From assembly GCF_963921235.1 (NCBI RefSeq), contig NC_086118.1, positions 18,354,001 to 18,418,000 of the forward strand: a stretch of 64,000 nucleotides of DNA, in the 5' to 3' direction. This document shows, in pieces, positions 47,536 to 61,009 of this stretch. This DNA is from Mobula hypostoma (Eukaryota). The notes under the pieces were generated by a model. It saw nothing but the letters and a program-made list of their open reading frames with translations, made no database searches and had not been told where the DNA came from. The position numbers and the translations under genes were made by a program. Within the stretch, counting starts at the first letter, position 1. Each line of letters starts with the position of its first letter.

Positions 47536-48359
47536 TTTTAAATCCAGCCACCTCCTGACTGTTCATCCCCCTGAAAGACAACCTGATGTTGACTTCTGAG
47601 ACAGAGATCACAGGGTTACTGGCTGCTGCAGGGATTCTCACAGACGTAGTTTTATCCTCCCTTTCAAAGTGAGCATAAAAGGCGTTGAGCTCGTCTGGTA
47701 GTGAAATATCACTGCCATTCATGACGTTGGGTTTTGGTTTGTAGAAATTAATGGCCTGCAAACCCTGCCAGAGTTGATGTGCATCCAGTGTCACCTCCAA
47801 CCTTGATCAGGATTGTTTCTTAGTTCTTGAAATAGCCCTGTGCAAGTCATACCTGGCTTTCTTGTACAGACCTGGGTCACCAGATTTACTGTAAATGCTA
47901 CAGTTCTGGCCGTCAGCAGACTACAAACCTCCTGGTTCATGTAGGGCTTTTGATTTGGGTGTGTATGGTATGTTCTCATAAGCACACACAGGTTTTAATG
48001 AAGTTGGTGACAGCTGTGGTGTATTCATTCAGACTCAAAGATGGATCCCTGAATATAGTCCAGTCCACCTCTTCAAAGCAGACTTGTAAGCGATTCTGCC
48101 TCCCCTGTCCATACCTTCTTGATCCTCACTACTGGTGCTGCATTCTTCTGCCTCTGTCTGTACTCAGGGAGTAGAAGCAAATTGTGGGCGTGGGATAGCA
48201 TGGCAAGTGCTTTTGATGGTGGTGTAGCAGTGGTCTGGTGTATTGGTTCCTCTGGTGCCTTAAGTGATTTCTTTGATAATAATTTAGTGACTTTTTCAAG
48301 CCAGCCTGGTTAAAATCCCCCAATCTGATGGGGAAGGCATCAAGATGTGCTGTTTCACG

Positions 48360-48630
48360 AAATGTTTAAGGTAAGAGGGAAATGATTTAACTGGGATTTG
48401 AAGGGACACTTTTTCTTCACAGAGTGCAGTGTGTATATGGTGCAAGCTCTCAGAGGAAGCTCTAGGCGTAGGTACATTTACAATATTTAAAAAAAATTCA
48501 GGTAGTTATTTGGGCAGGTAAGGTTTAGAGGGGTGTGAGCCAAACACAACCAAATGGGACTAGTTCAAGTACACAACTTGATTGGCATGAACAAGTTAGA
48601 TTGAAGGGTCTGTCTCTGTTTTGTAGAACG
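48360..48630 (+). mobile_element. Decayed CR1 3' fragment
   Basis: tttaaggtaagaggg..ttcacagagtg..aatgggactag..gaagggtctgtctctgt. Confidence 0.75.
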
Positions 48631-49462
48631 CCTTGCTCTCAAGGACAACCAACTCAGTTTCTGCATCAGAGCAATGAGATCCAACTTCAGCTGCAAACAC
48701 GTTAAGAGTGTTGCTTGTTAGATAATATCACTTTTTGTATGTCCAACGTGACAAATGTTTTGTGCGTGGTAGCGGATATCACATTGAGATATGCATGCTC
48801 AAATTTCATGCATGGAAGGATATTTCGTAAAACACTGAAATTCATTCATACAGCACTGAACTCACAGATCTCTCTCATCCTTGGGTTCTCAAGCCAATTA
48901 CTTTTGGCTACTCTGTCATCTAATGAATGGTGGTTGGAATTTTAAGTCTCCATTACCATTACCATCCTTGTAATTTCCATTGTTTGATATTTTTATGGAA
49001 TTCAAAGCTGTGACCTTCCAACTAAGAGCCAGATGTTGTCCGATAGAATAAGCCCAAAATATAGGATATAGAAATACTTTGTTTGCTATTTTAAATATAC
49101 TGACTTCATTGTAACACATTGACTGGAATCCAGTAAATTAAAAGTGGAAGTTCGTAGGGATAGATAAAATACTAAAATGGTGGAATGTTAGAGAGAATAT
49201 CCCACCTCATAACTTCCACAGAATGGCGCAATGGCACATTAGTTAGTTCTGTTATGTGATAGATGATCACTATGAATTAACTACATAGGTAGAGTCAAAA
49301 TAGTGTTGATGAACATATAAGAGAGAACAAAGTTCAAAGTTCAAAATCAGTTTATTATCGAAGTATGTATAAGCTTCCATATACTACCCTGACATTCAAT
49401 TTTCTTGCAGACATTCACAGTAGAACAAAAAAGCTCCATACAAGACAAATGCTGGCAAATAA

Positions 49463-50400
49463 TCACAAACAAGAGAAAATCTGCAGATGCTGGAAATCCA
49501 AGCAACAGACACAAAATGCTGAAGGAACTCAGGCAGCATCTATGGAAAAGAGTATAGTTGACGTTTCAGGCTGAGACCCTTCATCAGGACTGGAGAAAAA
49601 AAAGATGAGGAGTCAGAATTAGAAGGAGGGGTGAGGGGAGGAACAAGCACAAGGTGATAGGTGAAACTGGGAGTGAGGAGGGGTAAAGTAAAGAGTTGAG
49701 AGGTTGATTGGTGAAAGAGGTACAGAGCTGGAGAAGGGAGAATCTGATAGGAGAGGACAGAAGGTGATGAAAGAAGGAAAAGGGGAAGGAGCACCAGAGA
49801 GGGGTGACGGGCAGATAAGGAGGTATGGTGAGAGATGGAAATGGGAATGGGGGATGGTGAAGGGGGGCCTATATAGGGGTGCTGTAGCAGACTGACAGAT
49901 AGACCACTACCTTACTGAGACCCAGCAACAACTGCCAGACACCTCCTCTTACTTACCCACACCCCACACCACTGAACAGGCTCCCACTAGGGAGCACCAG
50001 GCCATTTTCTCCCACACCATTCACTGACCTCTGGGGATCTCCCATCCACCGCCTCCACCCTCATAGTTCCCGCACCCCGCACCTCTTGTTTCTACCTCCT
50101 ATCCAAGATCCACTAACCTGCCTGTCCAGGTAGAGCCATTAGTTCTGCTTGTTCCTGCTCCACTGAATTCATATTGGCTCTCCTCAACTCAATTTCCCCA
50201 CCACCCCGGTTCAATCCCCTCCTACTCACATCTGTGACACTTCACACCCGAGCATCTTATATTCTCTAGAGACGTCCAGTACCTATGCAACTCCATCCCC
50301 CACCAGGAAGGCCTCAAAGCTCTCCATTTCTTTCTGGACACCAAACCCAACCAGTTCCTCTCCACCGCCACGCTCACCCGTCATGCGGAATGCCCTCACT
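49463..50400 (+). mobile_element. Older Penelope copy: inverted pLTR (49463-49865) fused to an RT fragment
   Basis: 49870-50400 aligns to 29093-29650; hammerhead on the minus strand at 49556-49591 (AGUC CUGAUGA AGG..CCU GAAA CG UC AACU). Confidence 0.85.
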
Positions 50401-51261
50401 CCATAGGTCGTGGAATCAGTTCAGAGTTGAGGTGAACGAAGTTATCCATGATGGTTCAGGAGCCTGATGCTTGAAGGGTAATGATTATCCCTGAACCTGG
50501 TGATGTGGGACCCAAGGTTCCTCTACCTCCTTCCAATGACAGCAGCAAGGAGAAGGCATGGCCTGGATGGTGGGAGTCCCTGCTGATGGATGCTGATTTT
50601 TGTGGCGGCACTCCTTGTAGATGTGCTCGGTGGTGGAGAGGACTTTTCCTATCATTGACTGGGCTGTATCCAACACTTTTTGTAGACTTTTTCATTCTTG
50701 GGCATTGGTGTTTCCATGCCATTCTGCGATGCAACCAGTTAAGCTACTTTCCACCATGCATCTATAGAAGTTTGGCAAAGTTTTAGAAGGCATGCTGAAT
50801 GTGTGCAAACTTCTAAGCAAGTAGACGTGCTGTTGTGCCTTCTTTGTAATGGCCCTTTCGTGTTTCTCCCAAGTTAGATCCTCTAATATGATGCCGAGGT
50901 ATTTAAAGTTACTGACCCTCTCCATATTGGATCCGCAAATGGGGACTGACTCACAGACCTTCAGTTTCTTCCTTCTGTAGTCAATAATCACAAGAATCAG
51001 CTCTTCGGTTTTGCTGATGTTGAGTAAGAGGTTGTTGTTGTGGCACCTTTCGGTGTGATTTTCAATTTCCCTCCTATATGTCGACTCGACACATCTTTGA
51101 TTCAACCAGCAACAGTGGTGACATCAGCAAACATGAATATGGCACTGGAGCTGTACTTAAATATGGCATAGTAACCACACAGCCATTTATATAACGCAAA
51201 TTGAGCAGGGTGCTGAGTACACAGCCTTGTGGTGCATCTGGGCAGGGTATTGTTTTCAATC

Positions 51262-51388
51262 TGTAATGTATGGATCTATTTCTTTTACAGCAATGACCCC
51301 CTTAGCACACATGATCTGTTGTCTAAGCATGAGTATTGAATTGTTGACTGAACATGTGGCATTGATCCTTTATCTATGCACGTGCTTT

Positions 51389-51434
<46 letters not shown>

Positions 51435-54400
51435 CAATGTGCCTTATTTAATTGATATATAGTTGCAAATACACAACAAATTGGCAACAAGTAGGAATCT
51501 GATTGTCAGAAAATATCATGAACTGCACCAACAGTTATAGGACAAAACAGCAAGAGTTCCATACAGCAAGAGTATGGAAGGTCACAGTTGCTAACAAAGG
51601 GACGCATGAGTAACGCTGCATAGTACACCATGAAAGATGTGTGACTAGTAAAATTGAAGTGAAAATAATGTGGCAATGGCTTCAGTTGGGAAAGTTGCAA
51701 ATATAATGGGTCCTAGGATGTACAGTCTCTTACACATAGTGACCCCTGAAAAGCCAGTAAGCAAGATGTTTGATGAATTTGTTACAATTATACAAAATAA
51801 CTTGAGTCCTTAACTGCTGGTAGTAGCTGAGAGATTTAGATTTTACAAAAGGAACCAGTCAAAGGATGAAAATATTTCTGAATACATTGCAGAACTGTGC
51901 AAACTTTCCCACTACTGTGACTTTAGAGATGGTCTTTCTGATGCAGTAAGGGACAGGCTTGTTTGTGGCATACATAGGCAAAGCAGTCAAACGAGGCTAC
52001 AGACAGAAAGAGACCTAACCTTAGACCGGGCATGACAATTGCAATATCATTAGAGACTGCAGCAAAGGTTGCAGCAGAACTACAGAAAAGGAGGCTAGAA
52101 TGTGAAATGCACAAGATATCCCTGAAAAGTGCAAAAAGCCAAAACTATTATCAATGTGACAAATCCTCCCATGATGCAAATAACAGTTGGTTCAAGGAAA
52201 AAGTTTGCAGAAAATGTCACAGACAAGGTCACACAGAGAGTGTGTACAAGGCAGACAAAAAGCACAACTGAGTGAAAAGTTTCAAACACAACATAAAGGA
52301 AATGCATAAATTTGACCAAATGCAGACAACACAGCATTTGCCAAAGGTGAACTGTAATGTCTAGAACTGCATAATATTACTGAAGCAGATCACAAGATCA
52401 TCTAGATCACACTAGATGTGCCTGGTGTAAAACTGAGCTGGATTTGGTCAGCTTTATCTATAATTCCAGAGGCTGACTGCAACAGACTGTTTTCTAAGCT
52501 ACCATTAGAGAAGACTTCTAAATACTTACGTAAGTAAAAAAGTGTCTCCCAAAGGCAAACAGAAAGTGAATGTGATGTATGAAGGCCAATCACAGCAGTT
52601 GGTGTTTTATATGTTGAAAAGTGGAGCGTCAACACTTTTCAGACATGAATTGTTGAAAAAAATCCAATTAGACTGGCACTCAATCAAAGCTCCCAGTGTG
52701 GTAACAACAGGCAATGGCAGCCCAAATGCTAGCACTAATCAGACTCTGGCACAGCTGCTTATTACTAATGAGAAGGTGTTTGAGAAAGGATTGTCAAATG
52801 CAAAGATTGAACTGGATGAAGCAGCAACTATGATTCCATAAAGCATGTCCAGTGCCTTACACACTACGTTCTAAAGTGGATGCTGAACTGTAGAGCTTGG
52901 AGGTGTCTGGAATTTTCTCCATGGCTGAGTGGAGCAATTGCACCATGCTCGGTGTCCTGGAGATCAAGAAAGGGAAGACCAGAGCTGTTTTATTAAGTGG
53001 GGATTTCATAGTGAGCATCATCCTGGAGCTGCGTAATGTGCAGTATCCGCTGCCATGAATAGAAGACATTTTTGCATCGTTGGCTAGCGGGGAGAGGTTT
53101 TCAAAGACTGACTTGTCGCAAGCCTATCTGCAAATGGAGATTGCAAAGTCAAGCAGGAAGTTCCTCACAATCAACATTCACAAGGGACTGTTCCAGTATA
53201 ATTATCTCGTCTTTGACATCGCATCAGCTCCAACAATTTGGCAAAGAACAATGAACGAAGTGCTCAAAGATATCTCAGGAACACAACGTTACCTTGATGA
53301 CATCATCATGACAGGCAGGAATGATGAAGAGCACCTCTAGAACCTTGGTAAAATGTGGACCAGACTAAGTGATAATGGTCTGCATGCAAAGAGAAATGTG
53401 AGTTTTTGAATAATGGAACCTCATATCGTGGACAAGCATGACTTACATAAGTCACAAGAGAAGATTGAAGCAGTGCTACAGGCATCCAAACTGGAAAACG
53501 TGTCACAACTCAGGTCATAGTAGGGCCTTGTAAGCTGGTTTCTTCCAAACACTGCTACAGTGCTGCATCCATTGAACTCACTGTTACAAACAGGGGCAAC
53601 ATGGGAATGGTCACAAAGATGTGAAAGAGCATGCAAGGAAACAAAGAGACCAGCTGCTCACCCATTATGACCCACCCCTGCCCATCAGACTGGTGTGCGT
53701 CCCCTTGTGGCATTGGAGATGTTTTGTCACACCTTGTGAAAGATGGATCTGAACACTAAGGAGTGTAGAACGCAACTACACACAGATTGACCGATAGGTC
53801 CTTAGTCTAGTATGGAGAATAATGAAATTCCACCACTACCACTGTGGAGAAAGGTTTATGCTGGTGACAGATCACCACCCCGTGTGTTCATTTTCAATCC
53901 CAGGAATTCCAGTGATGGCTGCTACCCAGTTACAATGCTGGGCTCTGCTCCTGGGAGCCCACTCTTATGACATAGAGTTCAAGGGTAACAAACAACTCAG
54001 CAATGCTGATGGCTTGTCATGTCTTCCACTGTTGGCAACTGAAGAAGAAAAGTCTTCATATTGTGACCCAGCCGAAGTGCCCCACACATCATTGGTGGAT
54101 CAGTTACCGGTAACAAATTTGGAAATACAAAGGGAAACAAGGAATGACCTGATATTGTCAAAAGTCCATGAAATCACCATGCAAGGATGGCCAGCTCATG
54201 TTAACCCTACGTTTACAGAGTTCTCAGTGAGGAGAGACCAAATGTCGCTATGTCAAAGAATGCTGACGTGTGGATCTCGTGCTGTAGTTCCCTCTTGAGC
54301 ACCAGAGTGTCAGAGAATCTGCCTGAAGAACACCTGTGTACATTTAAGATGTAGAGTCTCATCCAGAGCTACGTGTGGTGGCTGGGAATAGATAAACAGA

Positions 54401-54480
54401 TTGAAGACTTGGCCAAAAGCTTCAATGTGAATATGCCATCTCCTGCATGCAACCTTATTTAATTGATATGTAGTTGCAAA
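51262..54480 (+). mobile_element. Decayed Gypsy (Mag/K02A2.6-like) LTR retrotransposon with 3' internal deletion
   Basis: 5' LTR TGTAAT..ACAACA (51262-51478), PBS-like TGGCAACAAG; gag AERFRFYKRNQ..RDRLVCG; RT FSKTDLSQAYLQ..YLDD; RNase H NADGLS; SYVWW.GID; LTR end ccttatttaattgatat.tagttgcaaa recurs at 54453-54480. Confidence 0.88.
51391..51430. repeat. (TC)20 microsatellite inside the LTR
   Basis: Direct reading. Confidence 0.97.
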
Positions 54481-55109
54481 GAATCAGCAGAATCCACATT
54501 GACTGAGGTATACAAGTGAGAAGTCAAGGATCCTGTTGCACAAGGAAATATTGAGGCCTGGGTCTTGTAGCTTATTGATTAGTTTTGAGGGTGTTGAATT
54601 CTGAACTGTAGTCAATGAAGAGCATTATCATGTATGGCATTTCATTGTCCCGATATTCCAGAGCTGAGTGAAGAGCCAATGAAATAGCATTTACTGTTGA
54701 CCTGTTGTGATGGTGGGCAAACTGGAGCAGATCTAAGTCACTCCTCAGGCTGGAGTTCATATACTTCATGACCAACCTCTCAAAGCATTTCATCACAGTG
54801 AATTTAAATGCTACTGGACAATAGCTTTTGAAGCAGGTTACCACGGACTTCTTGTGCACTGTTATGATTGAATCCTGCTTGGAGAAGGTGGGTACGTCAA
54901 ACTACTGAAGTGAAAGGAACAGTCCAGCCTAGTGATTAGCATAGATCTTCAGTACTCAGCCAGGTATGACTTCTGGGCCAGATGCTCTCCATGGATTCAC
55001 GCTCCTGAATGTCGGCCTCAGAGACTGAAATCATCGGGTTGTCGCAACAAGTTGCAGAGGTGAAGGAAAAAACAAGGAGAAGGGAAAAGAACAATTGAAG
55101 GTTGTTTCA

Positions 55110-55542
55110 GAACACAGAACATAGAAAATCGGCAGCACCTTACAGGCCCTTCACCCACAATGTTGTGCCGACCATGTAACCTATTCTAGAGGCAGCCTGG
55201 AATTTCCCTACCGCATAGCCCTCGATTTTTCTAAGCTCCATGTACCTATCTAACAGTCTCTTAAAAGGCCCTATTGTACCCACCTCTACCACCTTCACTG
55301 GCAGTGCATTCCACACACCCACCACTCCCTGTGTGAAAAACTTGCCTCTGACATCCCCCTTGTACCTACTTCCAAGCACCTTAAAACTGTGCCCCTTCAT
55401 GTTAGCCATTTCAGCCCTGGGGAAAAGGCTCTGGCTATCCACACAATCAATCCTGCCATCATCTTATACACCTCTATCAGGTCACCTCTCATCCTCCTTC
55501 ACCCAGGAGAAAAGGCCAAGTTGACTCAACCTACTCTCATAA
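55110..55542 (-). mobile_element. CR1 3' fragment (same subfamily as 811-1240)
   Basis: ORF 55140-55442 DSQSLFPRAEMANMKGHSFKVLGSRY. Confidence 0.9.
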
Positions 55543-55760
55543 GTTGCTTACACTCCTCAGCATTAACTACAAAACTACCTGTCAAAAATTGGTTTAAATC
55601 AGAATTTATAGACACCTTGGTGTATCTGCAGTAAAACCACAGCAAAGTTTTAAAATTCTTTATCCTACTTTTCCAGTAAATGTTTTCATCATGGTCAGAG
55701 AGTTCTTCAAGAAGTCTTATTGTAAATAATGAGTGGCAGCAAGTACAACATAAGCATATG

Positions 55761-56455
55761 TGTAAGGGGGTTTCGATTTTTATGTTACTGCGGAGGCAAA
55801 TTAAAATGGCGTCTTTGTTATGTTAATCTGGGGAATGCGGCTTTGTTGTGTTAAACACTGAGAAAGTTTGCGCTAACAGTTTGTTTTTGCTTTAGAGTCT
55901 GATAAGAGAGTGCTATTAACCAATTGGGATAGTTGTTATGGTTTTGGTGTATTTGAAGATACTGTATGCGTGGGGTTTGGGGGCAGAAGGCGGGAGAGTG
56001 AGACAGAGGATGGACGAGGTGCTGTGAGTCTGCTAACGGGGTTGGACCCTGAGCGGGACGATCGGCTAGGAGATGGAGACAGATTCGTGTGGAGCGTCTG
56101 GTCGACCACCGTTGTTGGTCCCAGGCGGCCGGTCGAGGTGGTCCAAGGGGTCTCAGGGTGAAGAAGAAGGTCCTTGAGCTCCAACGGTTTTTGTGCACGA
56201 AGAGATTGAACTTTGATAAGTGTGGCGCCTTTTATTTTCCTTTTATATTTTATTCTCTTTTAATTATATAGTTCCAGTAATATCTATAAACTGTAAATCA
56301 TTTAATTGCATCTGGTGTATTGTCTGTTATTTGGGCAGGGTGGGGTACCTCACACAGCATCCACACAAACGAATTATCCAGTTTGGCGGGGCCGAGGCTG
56401 TTTCCCTAGATGACAGCAAGCCGAGCGACCCTGAGGGTGGCCAGGGGGGGCTACA
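55761..56455. mobile_element. 695-bp solo LTR (Gypsy-type)
   Basis: TGTA...TACA termini; perfect 4-bp TSD TATG (55757-55760, 56456-56459); CpG-rich interior. Confidence 0.9.
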
Positions 56456-57319
56456 TATGTAAGTCTAATATTTCAGAGGTAAGCTTATTGATCTTGAGAA
56501 GAGAGGGGTATTGAAGTCTGCACTTCTCTTGATAGCACTGTGGATGGAGGTGAAACCAGGTCACTGCTGGAGGCAGCTATACTTCTGTTACAGAAAATGC
56601 TACTTGGATCAACTCTAAGTCATATGCAATTCATTGAATCCCTCAGCACCACAGGTTCACGAGTTTGCAAATCTGGGTCACAACAGGGTATCACTTCTCT
56701 ATGTCAAAACTCTAATCTCTGTTGTTACTAGCTTCTCTCTTGCTTTTGAATGAGAATATTCTTCAGCCTCTGATCTGAAGGAAAGAATCCTGTAAAGTTT
56801 TAATCTGGTGTTTTCTATTGATTTTATCCCTGTTCACTTTACTTCAGAAATAAATGCAACAGAATTTTCACAGAATAAAGCCTGACTAATACTAAGTACA
56901 ACAAATGGTTATTTAATTTGAAATAAAAGTAGAAAAATGCTGCTCAGCAGCTCAGGAAGCATATGTGGAAAGTGAAATATCTAAAGTTCCAGAAAATCCT
57001 TAAGTTCCAGGATGAAAATCCTTCAGGAAAACCCGGAAAGTGAAAAATAATTAATTTTAAGCAGTAGCAAGGGTGAGGAGGGGCTGCAATATTATCTCAT
57101 CTTTCTCTTTCCATTAGCTCACCTGACCTACTGGGAATTTCTCTGGTAATGCAAGGCCAGGGTAATGAATATCTCCTGCTTGATGATAGCAGTCAAAGAG
57201 AGATAATACAAATAAAGGAATGTAAAAGTTGCAAAATGCAGATCTGTAGGAAATTCCTAGCAGGTGAATTCATATTGAAGCTGAATATAACAAAGTATAG
57301 AAGCTATAGCTGAGTTGGT

Positions 57320-57521
57320 TGTGAAGGCTGTGGAGGCCAAGTCTCTGGATGCTTTCTAGAAAGAGATGGATAGAGCTCTAAAAGATAGCGGAATCAAAGG
57401 TTATGGGGATAAGGCAGGAACTGGATACTGATTGTGGATGATCAGCCATGATCACAGTGAATGATGGTGCTGGCTCGAAGGCTGAATGGCCTACTCCTGC
57501 ACCTATTGTCTATTGTCTATT
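57320..57521 (+). mobile_element. CR1 extreme 3' fragment
   Basis: ggctcgaaggctgaatggcctactcctgcacc + (ctattgt)n tail. Confidence 0.9.
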
Positions 57522-57603
57522 GGTTATTTCTCATTCCAACAAGAAAAGCAAGTTACCCAAAGCTGAAGAATCTGACATCAATCTGAAAGGCAGAAACTTT
57601 TCA

Positions 57604-57868
57604 TTTATTTATTGAGATATGGTGTGGAATATTCTGTTCCAGCGCTTTGAGCCATGCTGCCCAGTCATCTCTGATTTAATGCTAGCCTAATCATGGGACA
57701 ATTAACAATGACCAATCAACCTATCAACCAGTACGTCTTTGGACTCCAGGAGGAAACACACGCAGTCACAAGAAGAATGTACAAACTCCTTACAGACAGC
57801 AATGAGAATTAAGCCCGGGTCGCTGGTGCTGTAGAGTGTTGTGTTAACACTATGTTACCATGTCACCC
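57604..57868 (-). mobile_element. V-SINE-like tRNA SINE
   Basis: Reverse complement: gggtgacatggtaacatagtgtt (A box) ..gacccgggcttaattc (B box) ..gtctgtaaggagtttgtacattcttcttgtgactgcgtg..; (AAAT)n tail. Confidence 0.8.
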
Positions 57869-58319
57869 TCTTGCCAGATTGAAAGATTAGGTCTTACTCC
57901 TTGTGATCATATTGGGACTTGATAGAACAGCGCAGAAAGCCACAGCCAGTTAGATCCAAATGGGAGTCGAATGGAGAATTAAAGTGGCAAGCAACAGGAA
58001 GCTTAGTGTCACTCTTGGACTGAATATTGGTGCTCTGCAAAGTGGTGATCCAATCAGTGTTAAGTTTCTTAAGTGTGGAGTGTGGAGGCCACATTGTGAG
58101 CAGCAAATGTAGAACACTAAATTGTATGAGATACATGTGAATTGCTGTTCACCTAGCTGGTGGGAAGGAAAGGTGTTGTTTTTCTTGTAACTACATGGAA
58201 AGAGAAGCTGACCAGACAGCCACAAGGGGAACAACCGTTTCACATCCATGATAGATATGTGGGATGGTGGATTGGGGCAGTCAGGGCGCAGGTCAGGTGG
58301 TGTTTGAAAGTAGAATTAA

Positions 58320-58790
58320 CATGAAAAACTTGTCTTGTATTCTGTTCATACAGATCAAATCATTACACAGTGCACTGAAGTAGAACAAGGTAGAACAATA
58401 ATAAAATGCAAAATAAACTGTAATAGAGAGAACTTGCAGGTAAAGAGTACGGTGTAAATTCATAACAAGGTAGATTGAGAGGTCAAGAGTCCATTTTGTC
58501 TATCGTCTTGGGCAGAAGCTGACTTTGAGCCTAGTGGTATGTGCTTTCAGGTTTTTGTATCTTCTGCCTGATGGAAGAGGGAAGAAGAGAGAATGTCCAG
58601 AGTGGGCGAGGTTATTTTACTGAAGCAGCGAGAAAAATAGACAGGAGTCCATGGAGGGGAGGGTGGTTTCTGTGATATGCTGAGACGTTTCCGCATCTCT
58701 CTGCAGTTTCTTACAGTCACAGGCAGAGCAGTTGCCATACCAAGCCATAAAGCAACCAGGTAGGATGCATTCTATGGTGCATCAATAAAT
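58320..58790 (-). mobile_element. Rex1/Babar 3' fragment
   Basis: HPGHSLFFPLPSGRRYKNLKAHT-type C-terminus. Confidence 0.7.
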
Positions 58791-58914
58791 TCTAAAGGTG
58801 GTGGTGGATTTAGAGGGTTCAGGGTTTGGGCATAGAAAGAAGAAGTGGGGTCTGGTCTGGCGGTGGAATGTTGTTGAAAGTGGCAGAAATACTAAAGGAT
58901 GATCTGTTGAATGC

Positions 58915-60145
58915 AGGACATAGAAGGTGGAACAGTACATTATAGGAACAAACCCTTTGGCCCCACAATGCTGTACCAAACTAATTAAATTAGTAATCAA
59001 GTGCCCAGCTGAACACTGTCCATATTCTCCAACTTCATGTAGGTTCATGTGCCCGTTCAAGAGCCTCCTGAATCCTTCTGTTGTACTTGCCTCCACCAAC
59101 ACTACACTAGGCAGTGCGCTCCAGGGCAACTAACAGGAACTCAACAGGTCAGGTAGCATCTCCATTTCCAGAGCATTCCAGGTACTCACCACTCTGTGCC
59201 AATAAAAACTTTCCTCACACGTCTCCTTTGAACTTAACCCTCTTATTTTAAATGCATGCCCTCTCGTATTAAACATTTCAACACTGGGAACAAGATACTG
59301 CCTCTCACAATCATATAAACCTCTATCAGATCTCCCCTCTGCCCCCACTGCTCTAGAGAAAAGAACCTAAGTTCTTCCAATCTCTCTTTATAGCATATGC
59401 CTTCTAATCCTGTTAAACCTTCATGTTCTTCCCATAATGGGATGACCAGAAGTTAATGTGATAGTCCAGCTGTTGCCTAAGTTCCTTGACTAATAAAAGC
59501 AAGCTTGCCATATACCTTCTTTGCCACTCTACCTACCTATGTGATCACTTTCACGGAGCTATGGACCTTAACCCTAAGATATCTCTGTACATCAACATTG
59601 TTAAGGTGCTTGCTATTAACCATGTACTGTCTCTTTACATTTGATCTCCCAAAGTGGAACACTTCACATTTGACCAGATTAAACTCCATCTGCCATTTCT
59701 CTGCCAATATCTGCAAGTAAACTATACTCACTGTCTCTTTTGCTAGTCTTCTATGTTATCAACAATGTCACCAATCTTTTATTGTCCGCAGACTTATTAA
59801 CCCACGTGTCCGTGCTTTCATCTGGATCATTATGTTTGACACAAATAGCAGAGGTCTGGAACAGATCTCTGCAAAATATCACTAGTCACAGATATCTAGC
59901 TGGAATAAACTCCATTGACTAATACCCTCTGTCTCCAGGTCTAAATATGGATTCAAATAGACAATTGACTGTGGATTTTAATCCTTCGGATGAGCCTCCC
60001 ATGTGACTTAAACACCTCACTAAGATGCAAGTGGACAACATCCACAGTTCTGCCTTCATTAATCACCTTTGTCAACTTTTTGCATAACTCAGTCTAGTTA
60101 GTAGACATGACTTATCACACATAAAGCTACATTGACTTCTCTAGT
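58915..60145 (-). mobile_element. Decayed CR1 RT-to-3' fragment
   Basis: KWQMEFNLVKCEVFHFG; NTRGHAFKIRG. Confidence 0.8.
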
Positions 60146-61009
60146 TAGCATTTTAAGGAACTGTAGGTTCTGATGAACTTCTGTGAAGTCAGATGTCCTC
60201 AAAGTAGATCTTCCTTGAGGTGGCTTCCTTCATGTTTGCCCTCTCACCTCTCTTTGTCTGAAAGGTGAGATTCTTCTCAAAAATTTACCACAAAATAGAA
60301 TAAATACCAAGCTGGAAATTTTCAGGAAGAACTTCACTCGTACCCTCACACAAACTTTAATAGATTCATCACAAGAACTTTCAATTAGTTCATGTCAGCA
60401 GGGAGTTTAAACATTTACATTCTCCCTCATACCAGATTCTTACTGACTGACTAAATAGTCTTGTAACAACATAAGACATCTCACTTAGAAAGGTGCATCT
60501 GCAAAACAAATTTGGAAGGTAAGTTTCAGACACAGGGACATTGTTAAAACAAGGAATAGCAAATAGTATTATATCCAAATACAGCAGTTTTTACTGTTTT
60601 TAAAGAGAAGGGCATATGTAAATCAATTCGGGTGGAAATGTATAATATCAAGGCAAGAGCAATTGGGCACAGTATTCCCTGTACTGGTGTGAGAAGAATC
60701 TCAACTCATATGTTAGCAATGAAATGGTCATTAAAATAGTAGAAATCTTGAATATTCATGAGGCATTAGGACCTGGGGAAGTGTAGGGCCAGAAACCTAG
60801 GGCAGTTAGATGTTCCAGTGCACTAAGCACAAAAACTGATGTAAGAAAGTTGTGAAATAATTGATCATGCTAATTAAAGAATTTAAGGGCTAAAGTGGAA
60901 GAAGTAAAGATTTTCCAATGAGGGACAGAACATATTCCATATTTAATACTGAAGTGTGAGTGCTGTTCTGTGATTTAAAGGGTTCTGAGATTCATTAGAA
61001 CCAGAAGGT

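Larger units (their letters stand above)
46700..48350 (-). mobile_element. Rex1/Babar LINE internal fragment (APE to RT)
   Basis: MGDFNQA.LKK, PNQKPYMNQEV, QLWQGLQ..SLPDELNAFYAHFE. Confidence 0.85.
49328..55030 (-). mobile_element. Rex1/Babar LINE pieces (49328-49460, 50400-51260, 54490-55030) split by Penelope and Gypsy insertions
   Basis: APQGCVLS, LNISKTEELI, VMKCFERLV..DLLQFAH..NRST; (TTGAAC)n-like tail at 49330. Confidence 0.75.
56920..58270 (-). mobile_element. Old Penelope remnant (GIY-YIG end at 57880-58270, eroded pLTR at about 56920-57130), interrupted by CR1 and a SINE
   Basis: QQFTCISYNLVFYICCSQCGL; LPVACHFNSP..H. Confidence 0.6.
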
